This document shows, piece after piece, positions 47,856 through 56,837 of a stretch of 64,000 bases of DNA. Both the position numbers and the translations under genes were made by a program. Source of the DNA: a virus (lineage: Duplodnaviria > Heunggongvirae > Uroviricota > Caudoviricetes); the IMG/VR virus record IMGVR_UViG_2531839524_000004, one strand, 5' to 3'. Numbering within the stretch: the stretch's first letter is position 1; every line of letters begins with the position of its first letter. The notes beneath the pieces are model-generated. The model ran no database searches, had not been told where the DNA came from, and worked only from the letters and a program-made list of their open reading frames with translations.

Positions 47856-48632
47856 ATGTCACCATCATTCATAGCAGAGTATTCAAAAGTACTGTCTGGT
47901 TTCCCTGAATGTGAAGCAAGAGAGAAAATCAGAGTTGGCTACATGGTTAACTCTGATTTTTCTGTTTTACGGCTCACAGAGTGGTCCTTGATCGGGTCTA
48001 ATTATGATTACTGTTTGACAGTGTCATTTGTAGGCGACCCTGATGCAGATTGGCTTCAAGAACATGCAATGGATCTTGACGAGCAGGGGTATTCAGAAGC
48101 AGAGATAGTTCATAGTGTTCGTGAATTAGTTGGTGATGAGCAAGAAGATGATGACGGCATTCAGATCGCCAGGTTCGTCTACAAACGATTCCAGTTTCGC
48201 TCACAAAAAGGCTCTCATCTTGGGGTCCAGATTAAAGGGGCATTTGTAACCCCTTCAAAGGAACAAAAGGGACTTGCTAGAAGAGTTTACAATTTCCTTC
48301 TCAATTGGCATGACCATGTGGTATGTGATGACCATCAGACGGTTTACGGTGCCAGAATTTGGGCGGTCGGTATGCTTCTGGTCGGGCGTGTCCAAATCTA
48401 TGACAATTTAAACAAAGAATTTATAGATGTCCTTGTTGAAGGTGGTATTGGGCAGAATGGCGTCAAACCGTGGGACGCGCTGCTATTGAGCAGCGAGGCC
48501 CAGTTACGTCACTGGAACCCTATGGCCGTCAGCATAGACCCATCTAGTCAGATTCTCGCCATCATCTCCAAAGAAGACCGTCACATTGAAGTGGGCGTTA
48601 CAACTTTTGACGCCAGGTCTACCAACCATTAA
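47856..48632 (+). CDS. hypothetical protein
   Basis: ORF track, 258 aa; starts directly after the previous stop. Confidence 0.5.
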   Translation: MSPSFIAEYSKVLSGFPECEAREKIRVGYMVNSDFSVLRLTEWSLIGSNYDYCLTVSFVGDPDADWLQEHAMDLDEQGYSEAEIVHSVRELVGDEQEDDDGIQIARFVYKRFQFRSQKGSHLGVQIKGAFVTPSKEQKGLARRVYNFLLNWHDHVVCDDHQTVYGARIWAVGMLLVGRVQIYDNLNKEFIDVLVEGGIGQNGVKPWDALLLSSEAQLRHWNPMAVSIDPSSQILAIISKEDRHIEVGVTTFDARSTNH

Positions 48633-48637
48633 TTCCT

Positions 48638-48660
48638 AAACCCGCTTCGGCGGGTTTTTG
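48638..48660 (+). terminator. intrinsic terminator
   Basis: aaacccgc-ttcg-gcgggttt followed by TTG. Confidence 0.65.
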
Positions 48661-48737
48661 ATGTTTCAGTTTCTTTATCAACCTACTAATTAACCTTTAC
48701 ACCGCAGCCGTAGGCATTTAGGCTATATCACATATAA

Positions 48738-48753
48738 GAAAACAAGTTGTTTC
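48738..48753. promoter_or_regulatory. operator-like palindrome GAAAACAA-G-TTGTTTC
   Basis: 35 bp upstream of the parA-like start. Confidence 0.5.
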
Positions 48754-48787
48754 AGACGATAATTATATACGCAAAGGGAACTCTCCA

Positions 48788-49456
48788 ATGACCAAGATCT
48801 TTGTGGTTGGCGGCACAAAGGGCGGGCCTGGCAAATCCACCGTTGCCCAGCAAATTGCCGTTTGCCTGAAAGTCAAAAAGAAGAAGAAGGTTTATATCAC
48901 TGATATAGATATTCAGCGCACGACAACAAGCTGGTGTGAAGACCGTCGACAGAACGAAGACCTTGAGCTGATTCCTTTTGCATACGTTCAGGATGACATC
49001 ATTAAGCACCTAAAATCGCTTCAGGGTAGAGCTGAGTTTGTAGTGGTAGATGCTGGTGGCTTTGACTCCGAAATTCAGCGACAAGCGATGCTGATGGCCG
49101 ACGTTATCATTATCCCGCTGCGTCCTAAGCGTCGTGATTTGAAATCTTTACGTGACATCGATCCTATTATCGACAATGTTCGTAATGTAAACGATAAAGT
49201 GAAGGTCCGCGCGGTCATGAACCAGTGCCCGGCTTTGCCATCACAAGTGTCTCGCATTTTGGCGGCTAAAGAGATTGTCGAGACGTTTGGCATCGAGTCT
49301 GCGCCAGTCAATTTATATAACCGCAACGTCTATGATGATGCGGAAGAGTCTGGTCGTTCTATCTTTGAAATGACCGGTAGCGAGCGCGACAAAAAGGCGG
49401 AAGCCGAGTTTGAAGAATTTGTAGATTATCTGTTGAGTCTGGAGGAAGAAGAATAA
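48788..49456 (+). CDS. ParA-type partition ATPase
   Basis: Deviant Walker A GGTKGGPGKST, Walker B-like FVVVDAGG; 222 aa. Confidence 0.85.
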   Translation: MTKIFVVGGTKGGPGKSTVAQQIAVCLKVKKKKKVYITDIDIQRTTTSWCEDRRQNEDLELIPFAYVQDDIIKHLKSLQGRAEFVVVDAGGFDSEIQRQAMLMADVIIIPLRPKRRDLKSLRDIDPIIDNVRNVNDKVKVRAVMNQCPALPSQVSRILAAKEIVETFGIESAPVNLYNRNVYDDAEESGRSIFEMTGSERDKKAEAEFEEFVDYLLSLEEEE

Positions 49457-49815
49457 TGTCCATGAAAATGGGTGACCTAGCAAAGCGCAAAGAGCCTGAT
49501 GCACCGGCTAAGAACACAACTCCTTTGCGCCAACCAGTCAGACCACAGGGACGCCCGACTCGTGGCAAAGAGAAAATTAAAAGCCGCACAATGTCACTGG
49601 AGGACGAATACTTCGAACTGCTGGAGATGATGAAGTTCATCCCTCGCTTCGAGAAGTTCACTCGTTCTGACGTGATTCGAGCAGCCATTTTCCATCTGGC
49701 AGAGAAGTCACCGCAGGAAATCGAGGACATCGTGAAATTGAATGAGGCGATCACCGCTGCCGATGTCACGATGCGTACCGATGAAATCAAACGAGAGTTG
49801 ATGAAGAAAGGTTAA
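49456..49815 (+). CDS. small partition partner, ribbon-helix-helix-like (ParG-type, putative)
   Basis: 119 aa translationally coupled to parA (TAATG); basic disordered N-terminus then RHH-like MSLEDEYFELLEMM...RSDVIRAAI. Confidence 0.55.
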   Translation: MSMKMGDLAKRKEPDAPAKNTTPLRQPVRPQGRPTRGKEKIKSRTMSLEDEYFELLEMMKFIPRFEKFTRSDVIRAAIFHLAEKSPQEIEDIVKLNEAITAADVTMRTDEIKRELMKKG

Positions 49816-49867
49816 AAATCATGCATTGGCGCGTACATTGCGCCAATGCATAACTACAGTGTCAGCT

Positions 49868-50635
49868 TTATGCCGCGCTAACACTATGTTCAGTCCTAAC
49901 CACCCCAACCTTCACAAAAGGGCTACCGTAGCTTGGTGGCTTCTTGATTAATTTGCCTACATACAGTTTTCTAATATGCTCATCGGCTATTCTGCCAACA
50001 AATTCATAACGTTTTGTGTCGGGGCCAAGAGCTATATCCCTTGTAAAGTACTGCTGAGAACCGGCTTTGACCCAGCATTCAATCTGATAAACTTCCATTA
50101 TCAGCCCACCATATGTAGCGTAGGCATATTTGAGATTCTCGTCTCTTGGAACCTTTGCCCATACGCCACGCGTAGCTTCATATAATGCCAGAGCGGACAT
50201 TCCTGACTTGTAGGTGCTGTTTAGCAGGAAGGCAAGACCGGCGTGCTCAGGAGCAATTTCAGTTTCCTCTTGCAGCACTAAGTGATGGTAGGCGTCCAGT
50301 GATATTCTGCCCATCATGGAACCACTTCCTCGTACCTTATTCGTAAGCTCTCCGACCCCCATAAGGTCGATGCATGTCGCCTCAACAAGTTTGGCTGTGG
50401 TTTCATCCATACCATGACGAAGTATATCTATGCCTAATTTTTTATTAGCCAAAAGTTCTTTGATCCGCATGGATTTGGGAGAGTCATCGGGATACTTGAT
50501 GTGATCGAGACAACGAGTCGATTTGCCTTTTCCTATGTAAAACGGTCTTTTCATCTTGTCTTCTGTATCATAGAGACAGTAAACATAGTATTTAGCCTTA
50601 TCCAATGATCTCGCGTATACCGATAAATCGTCCAT
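49868..50635 (-). CDS. GIY-YIG nuclease-domain protein
   Basis: N-terminal YYVYCLYDTEDK..KRPFYIGKGKSTRCLDH matches the GIY-(10-11)-YIG...R...H layout; 255 aa. Confidence 0.65.
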   Translation of the reverse strand: MDDLSVYARSLDKAKYYVYCLYDTEDKMKRPFYIGKGKSTRCLDHIKYPDDSPKSMRIKELLANKKLGIDILRHGMDETTAKLVEATCIDLMGVGELTNKVRGSGSMMGRISLDAYHHLVLQEETEIAPEHAGLAFLLNSTYKSGMSALALYEATRGVWAKVPRDENLKYAYATYGGLIMEVYQIECWVKAGSQQYFTRDIALGPDTKRYEFVGRIADEHIRKLYVGKLIKKPPSYGSPFVKVGVVRTEHSVSAA

Positions 50636-50745
50636 TATTGCATCTCTTTGCTACTGACTAATGCGTTCTATTTTACACATAAGTTTTTAATCAATTTAAC
50701 AGGCTCAAAGTGTAGAGCTTCTGGGCGTCTAAGACGACAAGTTAG

Positions 50746-50802
50746 CCTGCTTCTGTATATATAAATAATAAGTAACTTATTAAATATATATACGGAAGCA
50801 GG
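50746..50802. repeat. 57-bp AT-rich palindromic repeat, copy 2
   Basis: Identical to 19193-19249; lies in the divergent promoter region between the GIY-YIG gene and gene 50910. Confidence 0.8.
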
Positions 50803-50909
50803 TCTTTTAAAAGACACCACCAGAACAACTCCCTTCCGTTTCCACTTCCAAAAACTGCCACCAGTCGCTATCATCCGCTCATTGTGATAAGTAAGTAACT
50901 ACCTACCAG

Positions 50910-51659
50910 GTGAGCCACATGAGCCAAATCTTTTTCGATACCATCGACAACGACCAGTACGACTTCATGACAGAGTGGAATACCGCTGTTATGGACAAGT
51001 GGGTCGCTGAAAACATTGGTTTGTCGCGCTGTAAAGACGAGGCTGAACTCTTCGAGACGAAGTGGTTTGATTACCGCGACATGCATCCTCTCATGGCCAC
51101 CTGTCTTTTTACGGAGGCATACAAACGTCAGTACTCAAATATCATGCTGACGCACGGTCGCGAACACTTTGAAACAGCTCCGTTCACCACCGGGTTAAAA
51201 CGCCTGCCTTATCAGGAGTTGTCGACTGCCAATAAAACGTCGCTATGGAAAGCACGCCAGTTTGCGGATCGCTATTGCTGCTCATACGACTACTTTATCT
51301 CCACCGTTCTTTCCGCAGCTGCACGACGGCTGTGGGACAAGCTGCCGCGCCCACAGCATTTGTGGCAGCCAGAACTGATTGAGATATTTGAAGAGAAATT
51401 AGCCAGACGCGCAACAACCCGTCTGGATGACTCTCTGGTTAGCTTTAAGCATATGGGAGACATGCAGTTCAACCCGATTCAGGAAAGCTATTTTGAGTGG
51501 ATTCTGGAGCGTTTGCGCACCATCCCTCGCAGCAAGCGCATACGCGCAATTTTCTCCGCTATCTGGCTAATGGAAATCGTTCCAGAGCGCCTTATTTCCG
51601 CCCACTTTCCAGAAGAACTGGAAGAAGCACGGCGGTTTATTGATCCCCTATCTAATTAA
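50910..51659 (+). CDS. hypothetical protein (replication module; initiator or helicase loader is possible)
   Basis: ORF track, 249 aa, immediately upstream of the DnaB-like helicase. Confidence 0.45.
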   Translation: MSHMSQIFFDTIDNDQYDFMTEWNTAVMDKWVAENIGLSRCKDEAELFETKWFDYRDMHPLMATCLFTEAYKRQYSNIMLTHGREHFETAPFTTGLKRLPYQELSTANKTSLWKARQFADRYCCSYDYFISTVLSAAARRLWDKLPRPQHLWQPELIEIFEEKLARRATTRLDDSLVSFKHMGDMQFNPIQESYFEWILERLRTIPRSKRIRAIFSAIWLMEIVPERLISAHFPEELEEARRFIDPLSN

Positions 51660-51668
51660 CTAATACTA

Positions 51669-51684
51669 GAAAACAATTTGTTTA
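51669..51684. promoter_or_regulatory. operator-like palindrome GAAAACAA-T-TTGTTTA
   Basis: 19 bp upstream of the helicase start. Confidence 0.5.
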
Positions 51685-51702
51685 AAAAACAAAGGAAAGC
51701 AC

Positions 51703-53043
51703 ATGACCGAACTTTGCCATACAGGACGCGGGCTGTCCGAAGAGTTTGATGAAGATTTCCAGAACAGACTGACGGCATATTTTTGTCGTGATCACGAGTT
51801 TCTTACTCGTGCGGGAGATCTGGTTGTGCCTAGCCAATTTGCCAATGCGGCCAATGCCATATTGGTTAATATGGTTTCGGGCTATTACCGTATGTACAAG
51901 AGCGCGCCCTCTTCATCTGCAATTCTGGATATGCTTAAGCGTGCGAAACGCGATAAGACTATCCGTGAGGAACTATTCGCCGATGTTGTTGCTGCGTTTA
52001 AGCGCATTCTTGCAGAAAAATTGTCCGATACCTCGTACATGGTTGACCAGGTATCAACCTTCGCAAAAAGTGTAGCGTTTGATGATGCTCTGATTAAGGC
52101 TGCTGAACTGAAAGAGAAAGGCGACTTTCACGGGGCGATGGCAATCATGGCCAAGGTTCAGCAGATTGGATCGAACGAAGCGACCGGAATCTATGACTAC
52201 TACACCTCCGCAAGTGAGCGATTGAAAGCGCGTGAATATGAGGCTTCAGAGGAGTATGTACCAAACAGTATTACAACTGGACTCCCTCTTCTCGATAGGT
52301 TGCTGTACCAAAAAGGCTGGGCAAAGCGCGAAATGGTGCTCTTCATGGGGTTCGCTAAATCCGGTAAATCGACCGCAATGGGTGAGTTTTCCATAAACGC
52401 AACACTTGCTGGCTACAATGTTCTGTATCTCTCGCTGGAGGTTCACACCACCATTTTATCCGACCGTTTTGATGCAAGATTGTCGGAGACGGAAATGTCC
52501 AAGTTGGTGGAACGGCGCGATGAAGTTCATCGCAAGTTGGCAGAGTTGGGAGCTACGAAGGGTATTGGTAGTTTGTGGGTTGTTGAGCGTCCGTCAGGAA
52601 GTATGTCACCGGCAGATCTGGACCGTATGCTTAACAGCATGAAAGCCAACGGCATGGTGCCTGACATGGTTGTTGTCGACTACGCAGATTTGATGCGTGC
52701 CAGTTATGACCTTCGTGATGATCGCGCCAACATTCGTAGTATCTACACCGATTTACGTGCTCTTTATGACAAGCATAACGTTGCTGGGATCACGGCATCG
52801 CAGACAAACCGTGAAGGTGGCGCGTCAGAAGTTGCCACAATGATGCACGCTGCCGACAACATCGAAAAAGTACGTATTGCTGACCTGGTAATAACGATCA
52901 ACAAAACCGAAGAAGAAGAAGCGAAAGGAGAGGCTCGTCTCTACTTTGCTGGTTCACGTAACCAGCAGGGAGGGATCAGCATTCGCGTTAAACAAAACCT
53001 CGAACAAATGCGCTTCATTGAGCGAATCTTAGACGTTACCTAA
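51703..53043 (+). CDS. DnaB-like replicative helicase
   Basis: Walker A GFAKSGKST, Walker B MVVVDYADLM, SQ.NR-like ASQTNREG, as in DnaB C-terminal domains. Confidence 0.7.
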   Translation: MTELCHTGRGLSEEFDEDFQNRLTAYFCRDHEFLTRAGDLVVPSQFANAANAILVNMVSGYYRMYKSAPSSSAILDMLKRAKRDKTIREELFADVVAAFKRILAEKLSDTSYMVDQVSTFAKSVAFDDALIKAAELKEKGDFHGAMAIMAKVQQIGSNEATGIYDYYTSASERLKAREYEASEEYVPNSITTGLPLLDRLLYQKGWAKREMVLFMGFAKSGKSTAMGEFSINATLAGYNVLYLSLEVHTTILSDRFDARLSETEMSKLVERRDEVHRKLAELGATKGIGSLWVVERPSGSMSPADLDRMLNSMKANGMVPDMVVVDYADLMRASYDLRDDRANIRSIYTDLRALYDKHNVAGITASQTNREGGASEVATMMHAADNIEKVRIADLVITINKTEEEEAKGEARLYFAGSRNQQGGISIRVKQNLEQMRFIERILDVT

Positions 53044-53124
53044 AAAATAAGCGTGGAGAACACCTCCACGCTTGATTCATTGGTGAAACAACTTTTCTTT
53101 TGCCAAACCACAAAAGAAAAACAC

Positions 53125-54306
53125 ATGAGCCTTTATGTTATATCAACATTTAGGTTGGTCACAATATTGCCTGTTAAAAGTGGAATTATCGTGAGCGAGC
53201 TGAAAGAGCTAATTACCGAATTAGATTTTGAACAATGGTTGGATACTGAAGGTATCGTTTATCGACGTGGAGGCGTGAGTACTCGCGGTCGTGAAGTGAA
53301 TATCAAGGAGTGTCCGGTATGTGGCAGCTCCAACTGGAAGGTATATTTCAATCTGACCAGTGGCGTCGGTAAATGCTTCGCTGGTGATCATCCCGAAGAG
53401 ATTCAGTTCAATAAGCTGGTCTTCCTCAAGCACTACAGCGGCAAATCACGACGACAGTTCGAGGAATATGTGCAGAACGCCCTTCTTTCCCAGGGGTGGG
53501 CACCAAAGAAAGAAGAGCTAGTGCTTGCAAGCACAGTCGAGTTAGAGGGGCCAGTTGCACTCCCTCGTCATTACGAGCTTCCTATAGATGGTCGTCTTCC
53601 AGACTATCTGGTTGAACGAAACATATCGCCTGAAATGGCAAAGTATTTTGACCTACGATACTGCGTCGAAGGCAAGCACGCCTATGTAGATCCGTATACA
53701 GATCAGGTTAAAGGACAGATATTCGATATGCGAATACTGATACCGGTTTACGATCTGGATGGGGTAATGAAGACATTTCAGGGACGAGACATTACCGGTA
53801 CAGCAGAACGTCGCTACCTCTTTCCTATGCAGCTTCCAGCTTCAGGTAAGTTTCTCTACAACGGCCATAATGCAGTCGGCAAACAGACGGTAGTTGTCTG
53901 TGAGGGGGCGTTCGATGTTATGGGGGTCAAACGAGCTATTTTTGACGAAGAAACATTACGTGATTACGTGGAACCAATAGGAACGTTCGGGATGCATCTA
54001 TCTGGCAACACCACTCAGGATGCAGAAGATCAGCTGGGCGCGTTCCTGACGCTCAAGGCGCGTGGATTACGTAATGTGATCATGATGTGGGATAGTGAAA
54101 AGCAAGCTATACGCAACACTATGGCCGCAGCTAGGCGACTCACAAGTATTGGCCTTAATGTCAAAGTTGCGTGTTTGGGCGAGGAAGGACTCGACCCCGG
54201 CGATGCGACACCGGGGCAGATTATCAAAGCCTACTATTGCGCAAAACCTTATTCACGACAGCTTGAACTCTTAAGCAAGGTGAAAGGCATTGCAGCACTA
54301 GTTTGA
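53125..54306 (+). CDS. DNA primase (zinc-ribbon plus Toprim)
   Basis: Zn ribbon CPVCGSS...GKCFAGDH; Toprim-like VVVCEGAFDVMGV and MMWDSE; start uncertain (53053/53125/GTG 53191). Confidence 0.7.
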   Translation: MSLYVISTFRLVTILPVKSGIIVSELKELITELDFEQWLDTEGIVYRRGGVSTRGREVNIKECPVCGSSNWKVYFNLTSGVGKCFAGDHPEEIQFNKLVFLKHYSGKSRRQFEEYVQNALLSQGWAPKKEELVLASTVELEGPVALPRHYELPIDGRLPDYLVERNISPEMAKYFDLRYCVEGKHAYVDPYTDQVKGQIFDMRILIPVYDLDGVMKTFQGRDITGTAERRYLFPMQLPASGKFLYNGHNAVGKQTVVVCEGAFDVMGVKRAIFDEETLRDYVEPIGTFGMHLSGNTTQDAEDQLGAFLTLKARGLRNVIMMWDSEKQAIRNTMAAARRLTSIGLNVKVACLGEEGLDPGDATPGQIIKAYYCAKPYSRQLELLSKVKGIAALV

Positions 54307-55335
54307 ACCAGTATTAGTCACGTAAACATTGACCGAAAATGATTTAACTTCTGTGTTGAAGTTGTCAGTCATTACCGCGAGGTAGGCATTCTTGGTATCT
54401 CTGAATTGCTTCAGGATGATTTGAACGTTATCGGTGCAAACAAACGAGGTAGCCAGATTGCCTCCTTTCTCTGAAAAATCCTTTAGGAAAGTGCAGTCAA
54501 TTTTGCCATCATTAGCGGTGAAGGTGGCATCATCACCCTGCCAGGTAAATGTTGCGTTAACGCCTTTATCAATGGATTTAGCAATAAGTCGCTGAGTGGA
54601 GGATTTTGCTTTAGATCTTGCTGCTGATGGTTGGTATTTACCGCTTTCTTTTAGTTCTGCAATGTAATCACAGCCATTTTTATCTTCTTTATCGCAAGCT
54701 GCCTGATAAAGCTCAGCTGCTTTTTTATAATCTTTTTTAACCCCTTCACCATACTCATACATAATGCCAAGATTCGCCAATGCAGATGCACTGCCTAGTT
54801 CGATTCCTTTTTTATAATACTCTATTGCCTTTTTGTAGCTTTTTGGCACGCCTGCGCCAACATAATATAACTGTCCTAGATATGACGCAGATTCAGGGTC
54901 GCCAGCCTCTACTGCAAGTTTGTGATATTTCAGGGAAAGTTTTTGGTCTTTCTTACCCGCAAGTCCTTTATGATAAATAACACCCAGATTGTGATAAGAG
55001 TTGCCTCCAGCTGCATCACCAGCTTTCTTAAAGAGTTCCTCTGCCTTTTTGAAATTTTTATCAACCCCATACCCAAGGGCATACATTATACCTAGAGCAT
55101 TAAACGCTTCTTTGTTCCCCTTAGAAGTCGCCAGTTCAAGCCATTTTCTGGCTTCATCGTAGTTTTTTTCGACACCATGAATACCTTTCATATAGTCGAT
55201 ACCTAAAGCACTCTGTGACTCAACGTCGCCTGCTTTTGCCGCATCGATCAGCTTTTGTATTTCATAGGCATGTGCACTCCCCGAAACAAGTAATAGCGAC
55301 AACATAAAGAAAGATATTGGTTTGAAATGTTTCAT
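54298..55335 (-). CDS. secreted Sel1-repeat protein
   Basis: Signal peptide ...LLLVSGSAHA; at least six Sel1/TPR-like repeats (A..G...A.LG.MY..G.GV.K(D/N)YKKA...Y.KA); unrecognised about 110-aa C-terminal domain. Confidence 0.8.
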   Translation of the reverse strand: MKHFKPISFFMLSLLLVSGSAHAYEIQKLIDAAKAGDVESQSALGIDYMKGIHGVEKNYDEARKWLELATSKGNKEAFNALGIMYALGYGVDKNFKKAEELFKKAGDAAGGNSYHNLGVIYHKGLAGKKDQKLSLKYHKLAVEAGDPESASYLGQLYYVGAGVPKSYKKAIEYYKKGIELGSASALANLGIMYEYGEGVKKDYKKAAELYQAACDKEDKNGCDYIAELKESGKYQPSAARSKAKSSTQRLIAKSIDKGVNATFTWQGDDATFTANDGKIDCTFLKDFSEKGGNLATSFVCTDNVQIILKQFRDTKNAYLAVMTDNFNTEVKSFSVNVYVTNTGSN

Positions 55336-55516
55336 TTTTGGATTTTCACAAGATGGTTAGGTGGTTGTGGCTACTCGGTGTAAGGCTTTGTAATCACCGA
55401 TTGGTAAGGTTACTTCAATTTAGCTTAACTGTCAGCATACCCAATCGCCGAAAAGATAAGTAGATGATTACTTATTAGTGTGTAAGAATACTGCCATCTG
55501 TTAGCTAGGAGTTGGT

Positions 55517-56299
55517 ATGAAAGAAGAAATTAAGAGATTAGCCTGCAACATCATTGATAAAACTGGTTTAGAAATCAGCGAGAGCAATCGGCTAGACATC
55601 ATTGAAAAAGCCGTCAATACGGCAATGGATCATATCGCCACTCGTTTGGTCGAGATCCCGCTACCGGGGCTACCTTATCTGAAGGTTAAGTTGCGCGTAT
55701 GGGGCGAACCTGCACATGCACGACGTTCTGCATTAGTTGTTTTTGTACGCAAAGAAAACTTACGAACTCTAAAAGTGCAGGTTGGGGCGTGGTTTGATGG
55801 CAGAGTCATCTATACAGATACCATTATCTGTCCTCCAGGTGACGAACATATTGAAGCCGTCATTCGAGAATCAATTCGAGCTATGCGCAGTTTAGCTTTG
55901 CTGGAAGACAAGCAAAACTTTGAAGATTACTTGCTGTCGGTAAAAGCTGAACCAACATTGTCTCTGAAAGCCGATTTCGTCACCCCGACAAATCTGTTGG
56001 AGGTTTTGATTAATAAAGGGGCTAATGATGCTGTAAACCTAATCAGGGAAAGCGAATATTCGACTCTTTGCGACATGTGCAAAAGCCAGTTGGATCTGGT
56101 GCATATCGTTATTGATGCTGGGAAGGCATGTGATGGCGTAATGGCTGAATTTGCTGGGAAGATGGTCAGGATTGCTAACGAATTACCGATGATAGAGCAA
56201 GAGGCCAAATCATACGCCACCAATCATGTCACAGAGCTTCTTGCCCCCTATCGCTTAGAAAGCGATCAGCGCAAGATGATTAGCTGGGGAAGTTGGTAA
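55517..56299 (+). CDS. hypothetical protein
   Basis: ORF track, 260 aa. Confidence 0.5.
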   Translation: MKEEIKRLACNIIDKTGLEISESNRLDIIEKAVNTAMDHIATRLVEIPLPGLPYLKVKLRVWGEPAHARRSALVVFVRKENLRTLKVQVGAWFDGRVIYTDTIICPPGDEHIEAVIRESIRAMRSLALLEDKQNFEDYLLSVKAEPTLSLKADFVTPTNLLEVLINKGANDAVNLIRESEYSTLCDMCKSQLDLVHIVIDAGKACDGVMAEFAGKMVRIANELPMIEQEAKSYATNHVTELLAPYRLESDQRKMISWGSW

Positions 56300-56366
56300 G
56301 CTCTCTGTGTGTCGTTTTTTACGCAAATAATGATAGGTAAGCACAAGATTATTTCTGGCGGTAATT

Positions 56367-56837
56367 GTGAAAGCTGATTTGTCAAAAATCCCTTCTATTT
56401 CAGGAAATAACGGTTATTCACTTCGTTGTGAGGAAGTAAAGATAAACGGTGAGTCGGCATATTGCAGCTATTCCGTTTGCCAGCACACCATTCTTGCCTT
56501 CAAAGAAAACCGTCTTCCTCGAACTTCTTTCCAGTCGTGCGCAACCGCTATCAAAGCAGGCAAATGCAAGGCGTTAAAAATGATGGTTGAAGAGATTCGT
56601 AAAGGAGAATCTCTGTATTTCGAAGATATGACCGCGCTCATTAAGGAGGTTGAAGAACGGAATAAACAAGCCAGAACTATAAAACGAAAACGTGACAGTG
56701 TAACGATTAATAGCATGGTTAAGAAGAGCACCACATCACAAACAGCGATCACTGACGTGTATGCGGCGTTGCTTGAAGAAACAACAAAAGAAACACATGA
56801 GCAAATCGATCAACATATGGAGGCAAAACAACAATGA
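56367..56837 (+). CDS. hypothetical cysteine-rich protein
   Basis: ORF track, 156 aa (GTG start); C-x-x-x-C and C-x-x-C spacing near the N-terminus. Confidence 0.4.
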   Translation: MKADLSKIPSISGNNGYSLRCEEVKINGESAYCSYSVCQHTILAFKENRLPRTSFQSCATAIKAGKCKALKMMVEEIRKGESLYFEDMTALIKEVEERNKQARTIKRKRDSVTINSMVKKSTTSQTAITDVYAALLEETTKETHEQIDQHMEAKQQ

